A stretch of 64,000 bases of DNA from Chiloscyllium plagiosum (taxonomy: Eukaryota), in contig NC_057746.1 of the NCBI RefSeq assembly GCF_004010195.1, forward strand, positions 34,512,096-34,576,095, written 5' to 3'. The position numbers and the translations under genes were made by a program. The stretch's first letter is position 1; each line of letters starts with the position of its first letter. The notes beneath the pieces are model-generated. The model was not told where the DNA came from. It worked only from the letters and a program-made list of their open reading frames with translations, and made no database searches. This document shows positions 38,625 through 52,116 of the stretch, one piece after another.

Positions 38625-41280
38625 TATGATAAGGCTCTTAATTCCAAATTTTTATAGAACTCAAATTCCACTATTTGCTGGGAAGGGATTTGAACTCAGT
38701 TCCCCAGGACATTACTCTCAGTCTTTGGATTAACAGTCCAGTGATAACACCATGAGGCCTTAATTCCAGATTTTTTAATTGAGATTTTCAGACAATTGGC
38801 AATGGATTCATAGTCATCATGAGACTCTTACTTGCAGTCTTTTAAATTTAGTTCACGTTCCACCATCTGCTGTGGCAGGATTTGAATCCAAGTCTGGGTC
38901 TCTGGATTAATAGTCCAGCAAAAATGCCACTAGGCCATTGCCTCCCAATTTTGCTGCCGAAAAGCTGCCTTCCTGACATTTTGCTGTGCATGTTGTGTTT
39001 TAGGATAGATAATCACCTTGATGACATATAAAGAGAGATTTCATTTAAGCCCGTGTTCCTGATTTCTCTAAGCCATTGAATGTAAGGGTGGATGGGCAGA
39101 CCAGAGGACCTCCTCATTGCTTGGCCTAAAGTGGCTGTAAATTGCTTTGGATAGTCAAGGGGATTGTTTGGCTAGACTGCCCGTCTCCCCTGCGGTTCTT
39201 TATTTCACCCAAGTGTCCCTGCAGCAGGGATATGTTTGATATCTTTCACAGCTGAGGGGGTACGAATGATGGTGGAATTTGTTTATTATCCCTGGAAATC
39301 ATGTTTTAATTTGACAAATTTCCTTCAAAGATTTTGTTTTTTTGCAAAAAATAAAAAGGTACCTCTTTCAAAGGGTCTAATCATTTATTTGAATCTAACA
39401 TTTTTCTCAGAAGAATTACATAAAAATATTTTTGGGGACACTAGTATTTCGAGATTAGGCAGACATCTGCACTGTTACATGCTGCAATACATTTAGCATT
39501 ATGTATAACATTGGCATTCAATTTGCGACTTCAGCTAATGTTGGAATAGACTAAGAGTGAACAATGTGAAGGAGATGGAAGTAAATGATTTTGGGTGACA
39601 GAAAATGTCTTGGTTTCACATTCAGCTAGTGTTGTGAATACCCTGGTTTACCTCAGCTAGTAACTGTATGGGGAGAGGTACTTGGGAATGCAATATTCAA
39701 CGCAGTGTATTTTGAAACCAGAGTCCTGACCAGCTTTATTGTATTTAAAAATTGCAAAGCTGATTAATTCAGATCATGTTCTCAACACCCAACCAACTCC
39801 AACAGACATTAAGAACACCATTCTTAGTAGCTGTGACCATGTTCTCTTCTCATTCCTCCTAAAGTTCCTCAAACTCCCTGCAAACGTTAATGTTGCATCT
39901 TCCTGCAGCTTGTATATGATGTCCAGCTCAGTGGAGGACTGCTCTCCATTGTTCCCAAGTCAGTACAGAGTGCAATTTAAAGCAAGACAGTATGGTATTG
40001 GTATTCGACTATTAACCATGTGACCCAGACTAATGCTCTGGGGACATGGGCTCATAATTCACCATGACACATAGTGATGCTTGATTCAACCTTTTAAACA
40101 TTCAGATTTGTTGTGAAAACCCATCTGGTTCACTGAGACAGTGAGTGAAAGCAATCTGCTATCATTACCTAGTCAGGACAACATGTGACTCCAAATTCAT
40201 AGCCATGTGGTTGACTTGTGACTGTTGTCAGGGCCATCTGGGTTCAGCAATAAAGGCACAAGTGCTGGTCTGGATAGTGATATTCATATCCCATGAATGA
40301 ATAAAGAGCCTATCTGCCAAATTGTATCTTTCTATTCTTGAATTATGACCTCAGAAATTCCTCATGGATCCAAATCCCTATCTACATACTGCACAGTGGC
40401 GGCACCATTGTGTCAGTTGACACATGACATTGCCTCTCGACTACTAACCACGTTCTCTCAATTGCCCATGCTGTCTGATTGTTTGCCCAGCATTAGGCTT
40501 GGATGAGTTACAATTTCTTTCAGTTAAACAAGCCCTCAAGGATGAATCTGACCTGACCAGGAAGACAAAAGTAGTTGAGTTGCATTTGGCAATCATCAAT
40601 CAACCCAATTATAAATTTAATTCTATTAAAATCAATGTCACTGCATGTTGTACTTCTTGTGTAAGTGAGGACAAATATAATATAGTGTTTTGTGTCTTGC
40701 CCATGTCCAATTTCATTAAGAAGGTAAAAATAGGATGCTTGTGGAGCAGTGGTAACTTCATTACACCTGAGCCAGAAGTCCTACTTGCTCCGAGGTGAGT
40801 CACAACATTTCTGAAAAGGTTGATTTGAAAAATATGTAAAATAACTGTGGTTCTTAAGTGCCATTCATTACTGACCCCATTAACAAACCAGAAAATAATA
40901 TCTTCTTTAAATAAAGCATTCATTTTCTTGGTTATACGATTAACAACCAAATCAGAGAGGTGCTGAGGAGGCATGCTATTATGCAGTGAATTGAGGTGTT
41001 GCTTGAAAGCGTGATGAAAACACATGCACTAGAAAGTTTGAAAAGGTATTGGATAAGTACTGGAGGAGAATATTTCAGGGCTGTGAAAAATAACTGGGGA
41101 GTGAAACTAATTTGAGAAATGGTGCAAAATGCTATCATGTGCATACAGGGTTTAAGAGCCTTTCTCTTTGTAGGAATAAACCTACTGCAGATGCTGGAGA
41201 TCTGAAATATGAACAAGAGTGCTGGAGAAGCTCAGCTGGTCTATCAGCATCTCAGAACTGAAGAATTGTTACATTGGAAT

Positions 41281-41450
41281 TGAAATGTTAATCCTCTCCT
41301 GTATCCATAGCTGCTGCCAGTTTCTCCATGACTTTCCATTTTCCATTTTCATTCCTCTAAGTAGTCTGAAATCTATGGAAAATGGAAAGTTATGGAGAAA
41401 CTCAGCCAATCTGGCAGCAGCTATGGATACAGGAGAGGATTAACATTTCA
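41281..41450. repeat. Inverted repeat (40-bp perfect outer arms, ~26-bp inner arms)
   Basis: 41281-41320 is the exact reverse complement of 41411-41450; 41321-41346 vs 41375-41400 has one mismatch. Confidence 0.9.
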
Positions 41451-42328
41451 TAAGCTAAATTGCATATTTTGCTCGGCTGGGTGATCACAGTATTACCTTT
41501 GCACCAGGGTTTCCTTGCTTATGTCTGATTCCTGATTGGTTCAGCTTGAATATCTCTTTGAATTCTGCAAAGATCACCACACTCAAGACTGAATTTACTG
41601 CAGCATGTGACAAGATTTAACGGGGCTATCACTCATCACATCAAAGCTAAGTATCTGGACTAGAAATAGCAAATGCTGTCGACAATTAGCATCTGCAGAG
41701 AAGCTGACACTTTAGTCCTGAGGAAACAGATTATTTAAGTGGGGTTATTTTCGGAAGTACAACAAAGGCTGAGGGGGGATCTGATTGTGGTGTATAAAGT
41801 TTAGTGGTGCACAGATAGTGTGATAGATTCCCTTCAGTAATGGAATCAATAAGCAGGGACATAAGCAAGGATAGGTGATTTTGAGATAGCAATTTTGACC
41901 AGAGGGTTGGTTTGGTAATGGAACTCACTGCCTAAAAGGGTGCTAGAGGTGGGAAAACTCAAAGCTTTTATGATAATGAGCAATTGATACGCCTTAACGG
42001 TGGGCGACAGACCAAATGCTGGAGAATGCAATCAGAATAATTGGATGCTGGATGACTTGGAGAGACGATGGGCAGAAGGGCTTCTTTCAGTGTCGTAAAA
42101 ACTCAAAGGCACTATAAAACCTAATTGGACATAGTCATTTAATTCTGATTCCCTCTCCATAGTTTCTGGATTTGTGAAGCCTTTCTTTTCTCCTTCCTTT
42201 TTTGGTACCCATGAATTATGTTGGATTTCATGTGCTGTCGTTCCCCCCACCCTCACCCTGGCCCACCCATTTCTCTCAGACCATGTCAAAAAGACTGGGA
42301 GTATGGCGGGAAATCTGAAATGCTTCTG

Positions 42329-42447
42329 ATTGGTCCATTGGCATCCATTGTTCTGAGCACACAATTGATACATTCAAATAACATGTTCTTGACCAATAAG
42401 AATCACCCGCTTTCTGATCCCTCATTTACATACACGGAGCTATTAAA
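42329..42447 (+). promoter_or_regulatory. H2B-1 promoter: CCAAT, octamer variant, TATA-like element
   Basis: CCAAT at 42393-42397, ctcATTTACATa at 42424-42431, TATTAAA at 42441-42447; inverted CCAAT boxes near 42329-42340. Confidence 0.7.
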
Positions 42448-42498
42448 GCGGGCACTCAAAGTGACTTTGTTCACCATAAACTACCTTCATTTAACAAG

Positions 42499-42879
42499 AT
42501 GCCTGAAGCAGCGGCCAAGGGCATGGCGCCCAAGAAGGGTCCCAAGAAAGCGGCAACCAAGAAACGCGTCAAAGGCGAGAAAAAGCGCAAGAAGAGCCGG
42601 AAGGAGAGCTATAGCATCTATATCTACAAGGTACTGAAGCAGGTCCACCCTGACACCGGCATTTCGTCTTCCGCTATGAGTGTCGTCAATTCGTTTGTCA
42701 ACGACATTTTCGAGCGAATCGCCTGCGAGGCCTCCCGCCTCATCCGCTACAGTAAGCGGCAGACTATCTCCTCCCGGGAGATACAGACCACAGTCCGCCT
42801 GCTGCTCCCCGGTGAGCTGGCCAAACACGCTGTCTCCGAGGGTACCAAGGCGGTCACCAAGTATACCAGTTGCAAATGA
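42499..42879 (+). CDS. H2B: Histone H2B variant 1 (126 aa, two cysteines)
   Basis: [23 protein letters not shown]...[26 protein letters not shown]. Confidence 0.97.
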   Translation: MPEAAAKGMAPKKGPKKAATKKRVKGEKKRKKSRKESYSIYIYKVLKQVHPDTGISSSAMSVVNSFVNDIFERIACEASRLIRYSKRQTISSREIQTTVRLLLPGELAKHAVSEGTKAVTKYTSCK

Positions 42880-42923
42880 GGTGTCTTGCTAGACGATGTT
42901 AAGAGTAAAACTGTTAGCCCAAA

Positions 42924-42939
42924 GGCTCTTTTCAGAGCC
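42924..42939 (+). terminator. Histone stem-loop of H2B-1
   Basis: CCCAAA-GGCTCTTTTCAGAGCC-ACTCA, HDE-like AAAAGGAACT. Confidence 0.95.
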
Positions 42940-43385
42940 ACTCAACAGTATCCAAAAGGAACTATTGCTCATTTCGGGAAGAAATTTAAAAACCTTTACC
43001 CGGACAGTTTGAATTTTGATCGTCCACTGCTTACAGTCAATTTTATCAGCGTTTAGTTTTTACATTGTTTTTACGTTTAATGGTTTTGTAATTGTACTAT
43101 TAATTTAAAATAGATTGTTTCTAATGGCTGGCTGTCACTGTCCTGGCTACCGCAAGATAAATAAACACTTTTTAAAAATATTGTTATTGCACTTTGTATT
43201 TCACTTTTTCAGCAGACAATTCATGGCGTGCAGTCCAGTTTCGTTTAGTCGTAATTTTACCTGCGTTTTATATTATATGTTTAAATTGATTGGATTTGTA
43301 ATCGATGTACCTTTCATTAACTTAAAGAAGATTGTGGTTCCTGATGTTTCGCCGTCATCGTCCTGGTTGTCACACGTTTATTATA

Positions 43386-43477
43386 GGAGCAGGAGAATCG
43401 ACGTTTCGGGCATAAGCCCTTCAGGAAACACATTTTTCAGCCCTGATCTCCAGCATCTGCAGTCCTCACTTTCTCCT
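43386..43477. mobile_element. Truncated family A Penelope-derived element
   Basis: 14-bp TSD acacgtttattata (43372-43385, 43478-43491). Confidence 0.8.
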
Positions 43478-43709
43478 ACACGTTTATTATATACTAGTAG
43501 CTGCATTTTTATGCTTCACGTTTCCAGGAATATATTTGCCATTTTGAGTGGAGTGTAGTCCTTCATTTAGTCCCAATTTTACCGCGTTTTATTTTTTACT
43601 TATGTTTAAACTTTGGTTTTTGTAATCGATTTCCATTTCACGTAAACTAAGTTGTGGTTACCGAAGGCTCACTGTCAATGCCAAAGTTGTCGCAAGTGAA
43701 ATACATTGC

Positions 43710-43940
43710 ACATGATTTGGAGATGCCACTGTTGGGCTGGGGTGTATAAAGTTAAAAATCACACAACACCAGGTTTAATTGGAAGCACTAGCTTTCGGAG
43801 CGCCGCTCCTTCATCAATCAGTTGGTTGTTCATCAGGCCCTTCATCAACCACCTGATGAAGGAGCGTCGCTCCGAAAGCAAGTGCTTCCAATTAAACCTG
43901 TTGGACTATAACCTGGTGTTGTGTGATTTTTAACTTTGTA
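43710..43940. mobile_element. Family B Penelope-derived fold-back element
   Basis: Inverted arms with two damaged hammerhead cores. Confidence 0.8.
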
Positions 43941-44228
43941 GATTGCACGAGTTTGTTGTATACTGTTAGCATATCTTTGTGCTCCACATTTCCAGCGATA
44001 TATTCGCCCGTTTGAGTGGTGCGGTCGGTCAGGCCGTGTTTCGGTTGCCAGCGTGTCATGGTTTGGACTTAAAGTTAACAATCTCTTATTGTTGAGCCCG
44101 CTCCTGTTTTAGAAACCGTACCATTTTAATTTGTGGGCGCTTTTTTTCCCGCTCTTTTTCGGTTTTGTGCCGGGACCGGGGGAGGGGGGGGGGAGTAGGG
44201 GGGGGGAGGGGAAGGATTGAAAAACTTA

Positions 44229-44301
44229 CCAATGGGGTATGGAGCTTTATCGAGTTCCCAGCCAATGAGAAGGTGGCGACGGCACCCTCGTTCCTATAAA
44301 A
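44229..44301 (+). promoter_or_regulatory. H3 promoter: tandem CCAAT boxes and TATA
   Basis: CCAAT at 44229 and 44262 (33 bp apart), TATAAAA at 44295-44301. Confidence 0.8.
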
Positions 44302-44319
44302 GGAGCCTCCAGGCTGTAG

Positions 44320-44775
<456 letters not shown>

Positions 44776-44815
44776 ATTCCCTGTTAGTTACGTGCATCAG
44801 ACAAACGAAACCAAC

Positions 44816-44831
44816 GGCTCTTTTAAGAGCC
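44816..44831 (+). terminator. Histone stem-loop of H3
   Basis: CCAAC-GGCTCTTTTAAGAGCC-ACGAA, HDE-like GAAAGATTG. Confidence 0.95.
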
Positions 44832-46266
44832 ACGAATTCTTTTGGTGAAAGATTGTAGTGCCGAAATATTACTGATGTGTATGACTGTGAAAGGTTTTAA
44901 ATCAGCCTGATCCGGGCTAAAGGTCTGGTAAGGCTAGTGAGGAGAAGTTTTGATGTAATTGTGCGCTTTGTAAAATGAAAGCACAACGTTGGACAAAATA
45001 GTGGTTAATTAGGACAACAGCTAAAGAAAAATTCAGATGGAAGCACCTTATTTTTTATTTTTGTACATGAATAAAATGTGCTGAGGTTAAAAGCAAATCT
45101 CAGCAAGAGCTGGGCTGAATGCTCGAATTCAGTAAAATATTTGTCCCCAGTATTACCTTTAACTTTTCAATGGCACTGGCAAATCGCCACAAAAGGTGTT
45201 TCCATTGCTCCAAGGGCCTTCAGTTCAAATTTAAACCAATAGCAGTCAAAAGTTCCTCAGAACCTTAACGGCATGTGGAATCCACTCATGTGACCATAAG
45301 TTTATAAAGTTCAACTCCAGATTATTTACAATAGTTTTATAGTTTATACCATTAGACATCAGGAAGCCTCCAAATCGTCGCTCCTGGACCACCTAGTTTC
45401 TGCCCCTCTCCCTTTAAATTTAGAGATTTGAAAGTAACCGAAGACAAAAACTTACGAAACCGAGTGCCCGAATAGAATTATAAACTTCCGTGTAAATGAA
45501 TTTGGGCCATTGCAAATGCGTGGAATTAGACTTCAACGGTCAGAACATTTCGCTTACATTTTGTTAGTCAAGAGTGCAGACCAATGCCTTTTTTTTAAGA
45601 TCAAAATGATCCCAGAATTTAACAGTCCATGCATGTTAAATAGAAAAGGGTCCTGGGACGAGGGGAAAGTGATTGCTTCACAAGAGGGCAAGATATTAAA
45701 AAGGTGAACTAAAAACTAAAATCACATTACCGCTTTGCTTTCCGCGGCCTCTCTTTGGTCACTGCCGCCTCCAAATGTTCCCTGACTGAACCAACATCAG
45801 CCTGAACCAAGCGTCAGTCGGGCAAAAGACGGACAGTGAACGCATTCCCCCTCAAATTCCACTCACAGAAGATGCTCAGCAACGCTTCCAATCTTGAACT
45901 TCTAAGCCCCATCACACAACATACCCCATTTCCTCAAAGCATTCATTTAAGTTTAATTTGTATAACAACACAGCAAAAATAAAAAAATATAGAATATTCA
46001 GAACGGAGACTATGAATCGAAGTGACATACGATCGTTGGTATTTGATCTCAAAAGCCGTGCTCCTGTTCTTCACATTACTTGCTAAGTATCCAGTCAGAC
46101 GTTTAATTTATTGCCGTTATTTTCAACCTATTCCTAGAAATCATATCGACACTAAATTAATAAAATTATTTCCCAGAGGGAAAATGGAAGAGCGATCACG
46201 CATCAATTTATTCAATATTACATTTCGAATCGACAGTCTGGTTAAACTCTTTAGGAGGAATTGAGC

Positions 46267-46282
46267 GGCTCTGAAAAGAGCC
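46267..46282 (-). terminator. Histone stem-loop of H2A
   Basis: GGCTCTTTTCAGAGCC-GCTCA, HDE AAAGAGTT. Confidence 0.95.
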
Positions 46283-46339
46283 TTTGATTTTTATTTCGTT
46301 GTTGCGTTGAACTGATGTTCGTTCCTCAGATCTCACCCT

Positions 46340-46732
<393 letters not shown>

Positions 46733-46799
46733 TCAACTTATTGAAACTTGCTAATGTTATTTCAGCACCTTCGATGGAATATCAGCGCGGCCCACTCCC

Positions 46800-46950
46800 C
46801 TTTTATACCATTCGGTGGAATGCAAAAGCGGACCTTTCTCATTGGTTAATCTAGCCAGCGTTGTTTCGGATTGGTCGAGGAAAGCTGAAACCTTTCCAAA
46901 TGTTTAGCGAATGGGAAACAGCTCTCTTTTCATCCTCAATTTGCATATTC
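46800..46950 (-). promoter_or_regulatory. H2A promoter with divergently oriented perfect octamer
   Basis: TATAAAAG at ~46800-46807 (-), CCAAT at 46841-46845 and 46870-46874 (-), ATTTGCAT at 46939-46946 (+). Confidence 0.75.
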
Positions 46951-46984
46951 ATCACCAACGGTTGTGGGACAGATATAGGATTTG

Positions 46985-47235
46985 GAATTAGTGACGCTGG
47001 AAGAGCAGAGCAGTTCAGGCAGCATCTGAGGAGCAGTAAAATCGACGTTTCGGGCAAAAGCCCTTCATCAGGAGCAGTCATTGTTTTTACCTACAAATAG
47101 GACTTGGCCAATTCTGAAGATGGGTCACCGGACCCGAAACATTAACTCAGTTCTCCTCTCTAGATCATGCCAGACCTGCTGAGAGTATCCAGCATTTTCT
47201 GTTTCTCTTTCAGATTTCCAGCATTTGTAATTATT
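46985..47235. mobile_element. Two Penelope-derived short elements, back to back
   Basis: Hammerhead cores at 47044-47071 (-, CTGATGAAGGGCTTTTGCCCGAAACGTC) and 47114-47143 (+, CTGAAGATGGGTCACCGGACCCGAAACATT, mutated). Confidence 0.7.
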
Positions 47236-48214
47236 TGATTTATTAGAGGGTCTTCTCCCCCGATCAGAAACAAAAATAATACGTTGCAAATTCAAACCCC
47301 ATAATCCTTCGACCCCGTTATCAACCAAGTGCCTACCTATTTCTATGATACATACACTCAATGACTTGTCCTCCACAACCCTTTATGGTGATAAATTACA
47401 CAAATTAATCATCCTCTGGCTGACGAAATTCCTCCTGGTCTCAGTTCTAAAGAGTCGTCCTCTCACACTGAAATTGTGCTCACGGGTCTTAGTTTCTTAC
47501 TACTGGAAACATCTCCCTGTTCACTGTAATCAGGCCTCTCGTATTCTCTGCGAGTGTTAGACGGTGAATAAAGTGCCAAACTGTTGAATAATCAGCGAAT
47601 TATAAGTAATTTTTTTCGCTGGCTATTCAACTGTTGACACTTTACTCAGCATCTAATACTCTTGGTCACCTTTTGTGACACTCCACTCACACCACTTGTA
47701 TAATCTTTTGATCTCTCTGCCTATAAACCCTGTGACTGTGTGCTTCTCCGTTAATGCAACTGACGAACGGGTGGCTCTCTAAAAGCTTGTGATTTCAAAT
47801 AAACCTGGTGGACTATCATCTAGTGTTATGTGACTTCTGACATTGTCCACCTCAGTTCAACACTGACACCTCCACATCTTCAAAAAAAGGTTGCAGTCAC
47901 CCTTTATATCACCAGCTAGCTTATTCTCATATTTTATTTTATCCCACTTATTTTTTTTTAGTTGTCTGTTGGTTTTTAAATGTTTTCCAAACTGCTGGCT
48001 TCCCACTAAAAGTCGCCACATTGTATGCTTTTTCTTTTGCTTTCATACTGTATTTGAAGCATGGTTGCCTTGTCCTCTCCTTTGTATGTTTTTTTCTTCC
48101 TTGGGATGATCTACTGCTGTCACTCCCCAGTTTAGCCCCATAAACCCCTGCCATTGCTGCTCCACTGTCTTGCCTGGTAGGGTCCCCGCTGATCAACTAT
48201 GTCCAGCTCCTCAC

Positions 48215-48810
48215 TCATGTCATAGAGATGTTCAGCATGGGAACAGACCCTTCGGTCCAACACATCCATGCTGACCAGATTCCCAACCCAATCTTGTCCC
48301 ACCTGCCAGCACCCAGCCCATATCCCTCCAAACCCTTCCTAATTATATATATACACATCCAAATGCCTCTTAAATGTTGCAGTTGTACCAGCCTCCACCA
48401 CTTCCTCTGGCAGCTCATTCCATACACATACCACCCCCGTGTGAAAAAGTTGCCCCTTCGATCTCTTTTATATATTTCCCCTCTCACCCTAAACCTATGC
48501 CCTCTAATTCTGGACTCCCTGACCCCAGGGAAAAGACTTTGCTTATTTACCCTATCCATGCCCCTCATAATTTTGTAAATCTCTATAAGGTCATCCCTCA
48601 GCCTCCGACACTCCAGAGAAAATAGCCCCAGACTGTTCAGCCTCTCCCTGTAGCTCAAATCCTCCAACCCTGGCAACATCCTTGTAAATATTTTCTGAAC
48701 CCTTTCAAGTTTCACAACATCTTTTGGATAGGAAGGAGACTAGAATTGCTCATAATATTCCAACAATGACCCAACCAATGTCCTGTACAGCTGCAACATA
48801 ACCTCCCAAA
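48215..48810 (-). mobile_element. CR1 LINE 3' fragment
   Basis: KLERVQKIFTRMLPGLEDLSYRERLNSLGLFSLECRRLRDDLIEIYKIMRG. Confidence 0.9.
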
Positions 48811-50911
48811 TGCCATTACATCAGATTCCAGCTTCTCTTTCTTAAATTGCAGGGAGAGTTCCATCATATTATAGTCACTGTCCCCTCGGGTTCCTTCATT
48901 TTCAGCTCCCTAATGAAGTCATTACACAATACTAAATCCAGAATTGCCTGTTCTGCAGTGGGGTTTTTCACAAACTGCTCTAAAAGCAAATCTCACATTC
49001 TGCAAATTCCTTTTATTGAGATTAATGGTGGATTTTCCAGTCCACCTGCAGATTGAAGTCCTCCACTTTTATTGTAATAGTATGTTTTCTATCCCTTTTT
49101 TATTTCCTGATTTATTTTCTTTCGCACATCCTGACTGCTGCTAGGAGGCCTGTACACAACACCCATCGGAATCATTTCTCCTTTTTTGGTTCTTCAACTC
49201 TACTCCACAGATTCTGCAACTTCCAACTTTCTATCACTTCTTGGAATGGATTTAATTCTGTTTCTTACTAACAAGGCGACCTGGCCCTTTCTGCCCATCC
49301 ACCTATTCTTCTTATAGGATGTGTATCCCATCGCATTATACCTGCATTATAACCCTTCTAACAGTTGTGCCCTTATTTGTTGTCTCTGAAGTTAGATTCC
49401 TAACCCTTTCCATATTCTTTGTCTAAGTACTTGTTCAGGAAACTTTAATAACCTCAGCCCTCCCCCTTAAACATTTCCCATAATTTTCCACTGAACCCAC
49501 CCACAGCCTCACTATTTAATTTAAAGCTCTATCCTAAATGATGATTCTGGGCCAGAAGATTTTGGTCACTTGTATAGTTTGGAGAAGCTATGATTCTTAG
49601 TGAACAGAATTCTGAGAAGAGATTTCATAGAGCTATTCAAAATCAATTCAATGCAAGACAGAGAAAACAAAGTCATCTCTGAGTACTAATGCACAACTAA
49701 GTAAAGGCCATTCGTTATCAAGACCATTAAATAATGCAAATCAAACACCCAGCATTCTTTGAAAAAAGATTAAGTACAGACTTGAAAAATAGACAAGTTA
49801 TTTTTCAACTATATCAAATTGAACTATACTGCAGCACTTGATGATGAAAAATTCTGGTTGCCATATTACCGATAAAGCAAATAGTCATTGGAGAGGGTGC
49901 AGAACTTGCAAGGATGGGAACAAAATGCTTTTGTATGTATACATGTAAGCAAATTGGTGACAAATTCGATTTTCTTTCTTCTCAAAAAAGGCAGCTGAGG
50001 AGTGGCCTTAAAAATTCTGAAAGGCAGATAAAAAGAGCATGTCTCCTCTCATGTGGTAGAGGTCAACTAGTATAAGATAGTCATCAAGATATACATTAGG
50101 GAATTCAGAAGAAACTTATTTATCTAGAGAATGGGAATAAGGTGGAGTTGTGGGCCTCAAGAAGCTGAGAAGATGGAAGGAGGTGTGACTGAAACATAAG
50201 TAGATATGACTGGGTTAAGTCAAACTTATAACTTTTTATTTAAAAAATGTTTATTACAACACCAAACCAGTCACTAACAAATGCAACCAAATAGTTCTAC
50301 AAATACTTATTTTTACCCTCACTATATTTGATCGTATCTCTTTGATATTTCTTATCTTAAATGACATTATTTCCAAGAGTCAAGGGCACCAAATAAAGTT
50401 AATCTGTTTCTTATTGCCACACAAACATACCACCAGAGCTTTATCGTTGCCTTCTTGAAAGCAGAATGACCAATTGAAAAGTTTATTTCAGTGACAATCC
50501 CTTAATAACATCATTGGCAAGGGCAGAGGAGTCTTGGCCCTTTTCAGATAACAATTACAGAATCCAGCATTCGCTCATCATTCTATTTGCTCGATGTTTG
50601 AGGTGAGTAAACATATCTCAATCAAATTAAACATCCTGCGATATCTCGGTGAAGCCATGCACCAGAGTTTCCAGAGATTAACAAATTTTATGCAGGTTTA
50701 ATTGATAGTAAAGCTTCCAGCAAACACTTGACTATCAAATTTACCACTTTGAAAGTGTGTAGGGTTTGGCCTGGGGCAGGTTTGGCATTTTTGAACTGAG
50801 TTAGAATCCATGAGATATGGTTCTATACATGATAGCTGGAGGCTGTATTCCATACATGACATGATTCTGTCCATATCAAAACATAATGGTGCCCCTTGTA
50901 AAAATAACTGT

Positions 50912-52116
50912 CCAGACTTCAGTAAGGCATTTGACCAGGTTCCCATGGGAGACTGATCAGCAAGGTTAGATCTCATGGAAGAAACAGCCATTTGGATACA
51001 GAACTGGCTCAAAGGTAGAAGACAGAGGGTGGTGGTGGAGGGTTGTTTTTCAGACTGGAGGCCTGTGACCAGTGGAGTGTCACAAGGACAGTGCTGGGTC
51101 CATTACTTTTTGTCATTTACAGAAAAGGATTTGGATGTGAACATAAGAGGTATAATTAGTAAGTTTGCTGACGACACCAAAATTGGAGATGTAGTGGACA
51201 GCGAAGAAGGTTACCTCAGATTACGACAGGATCTTGACCAGATGGGCCAATGGGCTGAGAAGTAGCAGATGGAGTTTAATTTAGATAAATGTGAGGTGCT
51301 GCATTTTGGGAAAGCAAATCTTAGCAGGACTTATACACTTAATGGTAGGGTCCTAGGGAGAGTTGCTGAACAAAGAAACCTTGAAGTGCAGGTTCATAGC
51401 TCCTTGAAAGTGGAGTCACAGATAGATAGGTAGATTATTGGTCAGAGTATTGAGTACAGGAGTTGGGAGGTCATGTTGTGGCTGTACAGGACATTGGTTA
51501 GGCCACTATTGGAATATTGAAAGCAGAATGACCAATTGAAAAGTTTATTTTTTACAAAAATACTTCAGTTTGTTTTCAGATTTCTTTATTATTTTGTTCT
51601 CCTTCCTACTGAAAAGATGTTGTGAAACTTGAAAGGGTTCAGAAAAGATTTACAAGGATGTTGCCAGGGTTGGAGGATTTGAGCTTTGTGGAGAGGTTGA
51701 ATATGCTAGGGCTGTTTTCCCTGGAGCATCGGAGGCTGAGGGGTGACCTTATAGAGGTTTATAAAATCATGAGAGGCACAGGATAAATAGACAAAGTCTT
51801 TTCCCTGGGGTGAGGAGTCCAGAACTAGAGGGCATAGTTTTAGGGTGAGAGTGGAAGGATATAAAAGAGACCCAAGAGGCAATGTTTTCACACAGAGGGT
51901 GGTACGTGTATGGAATGAGCTGCCAGTGGATGTGATGGAGGCTGGTACAATTGCAACATTTAAGAGGCATTTGGATGGGTATATGAATAGGAAGGGTTTG
52001 GAGGGATGTGGGCCGGGTGCTGGCAGGTGGGACTAGATTGGGTTGGGATATCTGGTTGGCATGGACGGGTTGGATGGAAAGGTCTGCTTCCATGCTGTAC
52101 ATCTCTATGACTCTAT
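50912..52116 (+). mobile_element. CR1 LINE, 5'-truncated (RT to 3' tail)
   Basis: DFSKAFD, WIQNWLKGRRQRVVV, KFADDTK RT motifs with stops and frameshifts; tail tctatgactctat. Confidence 0.92.
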
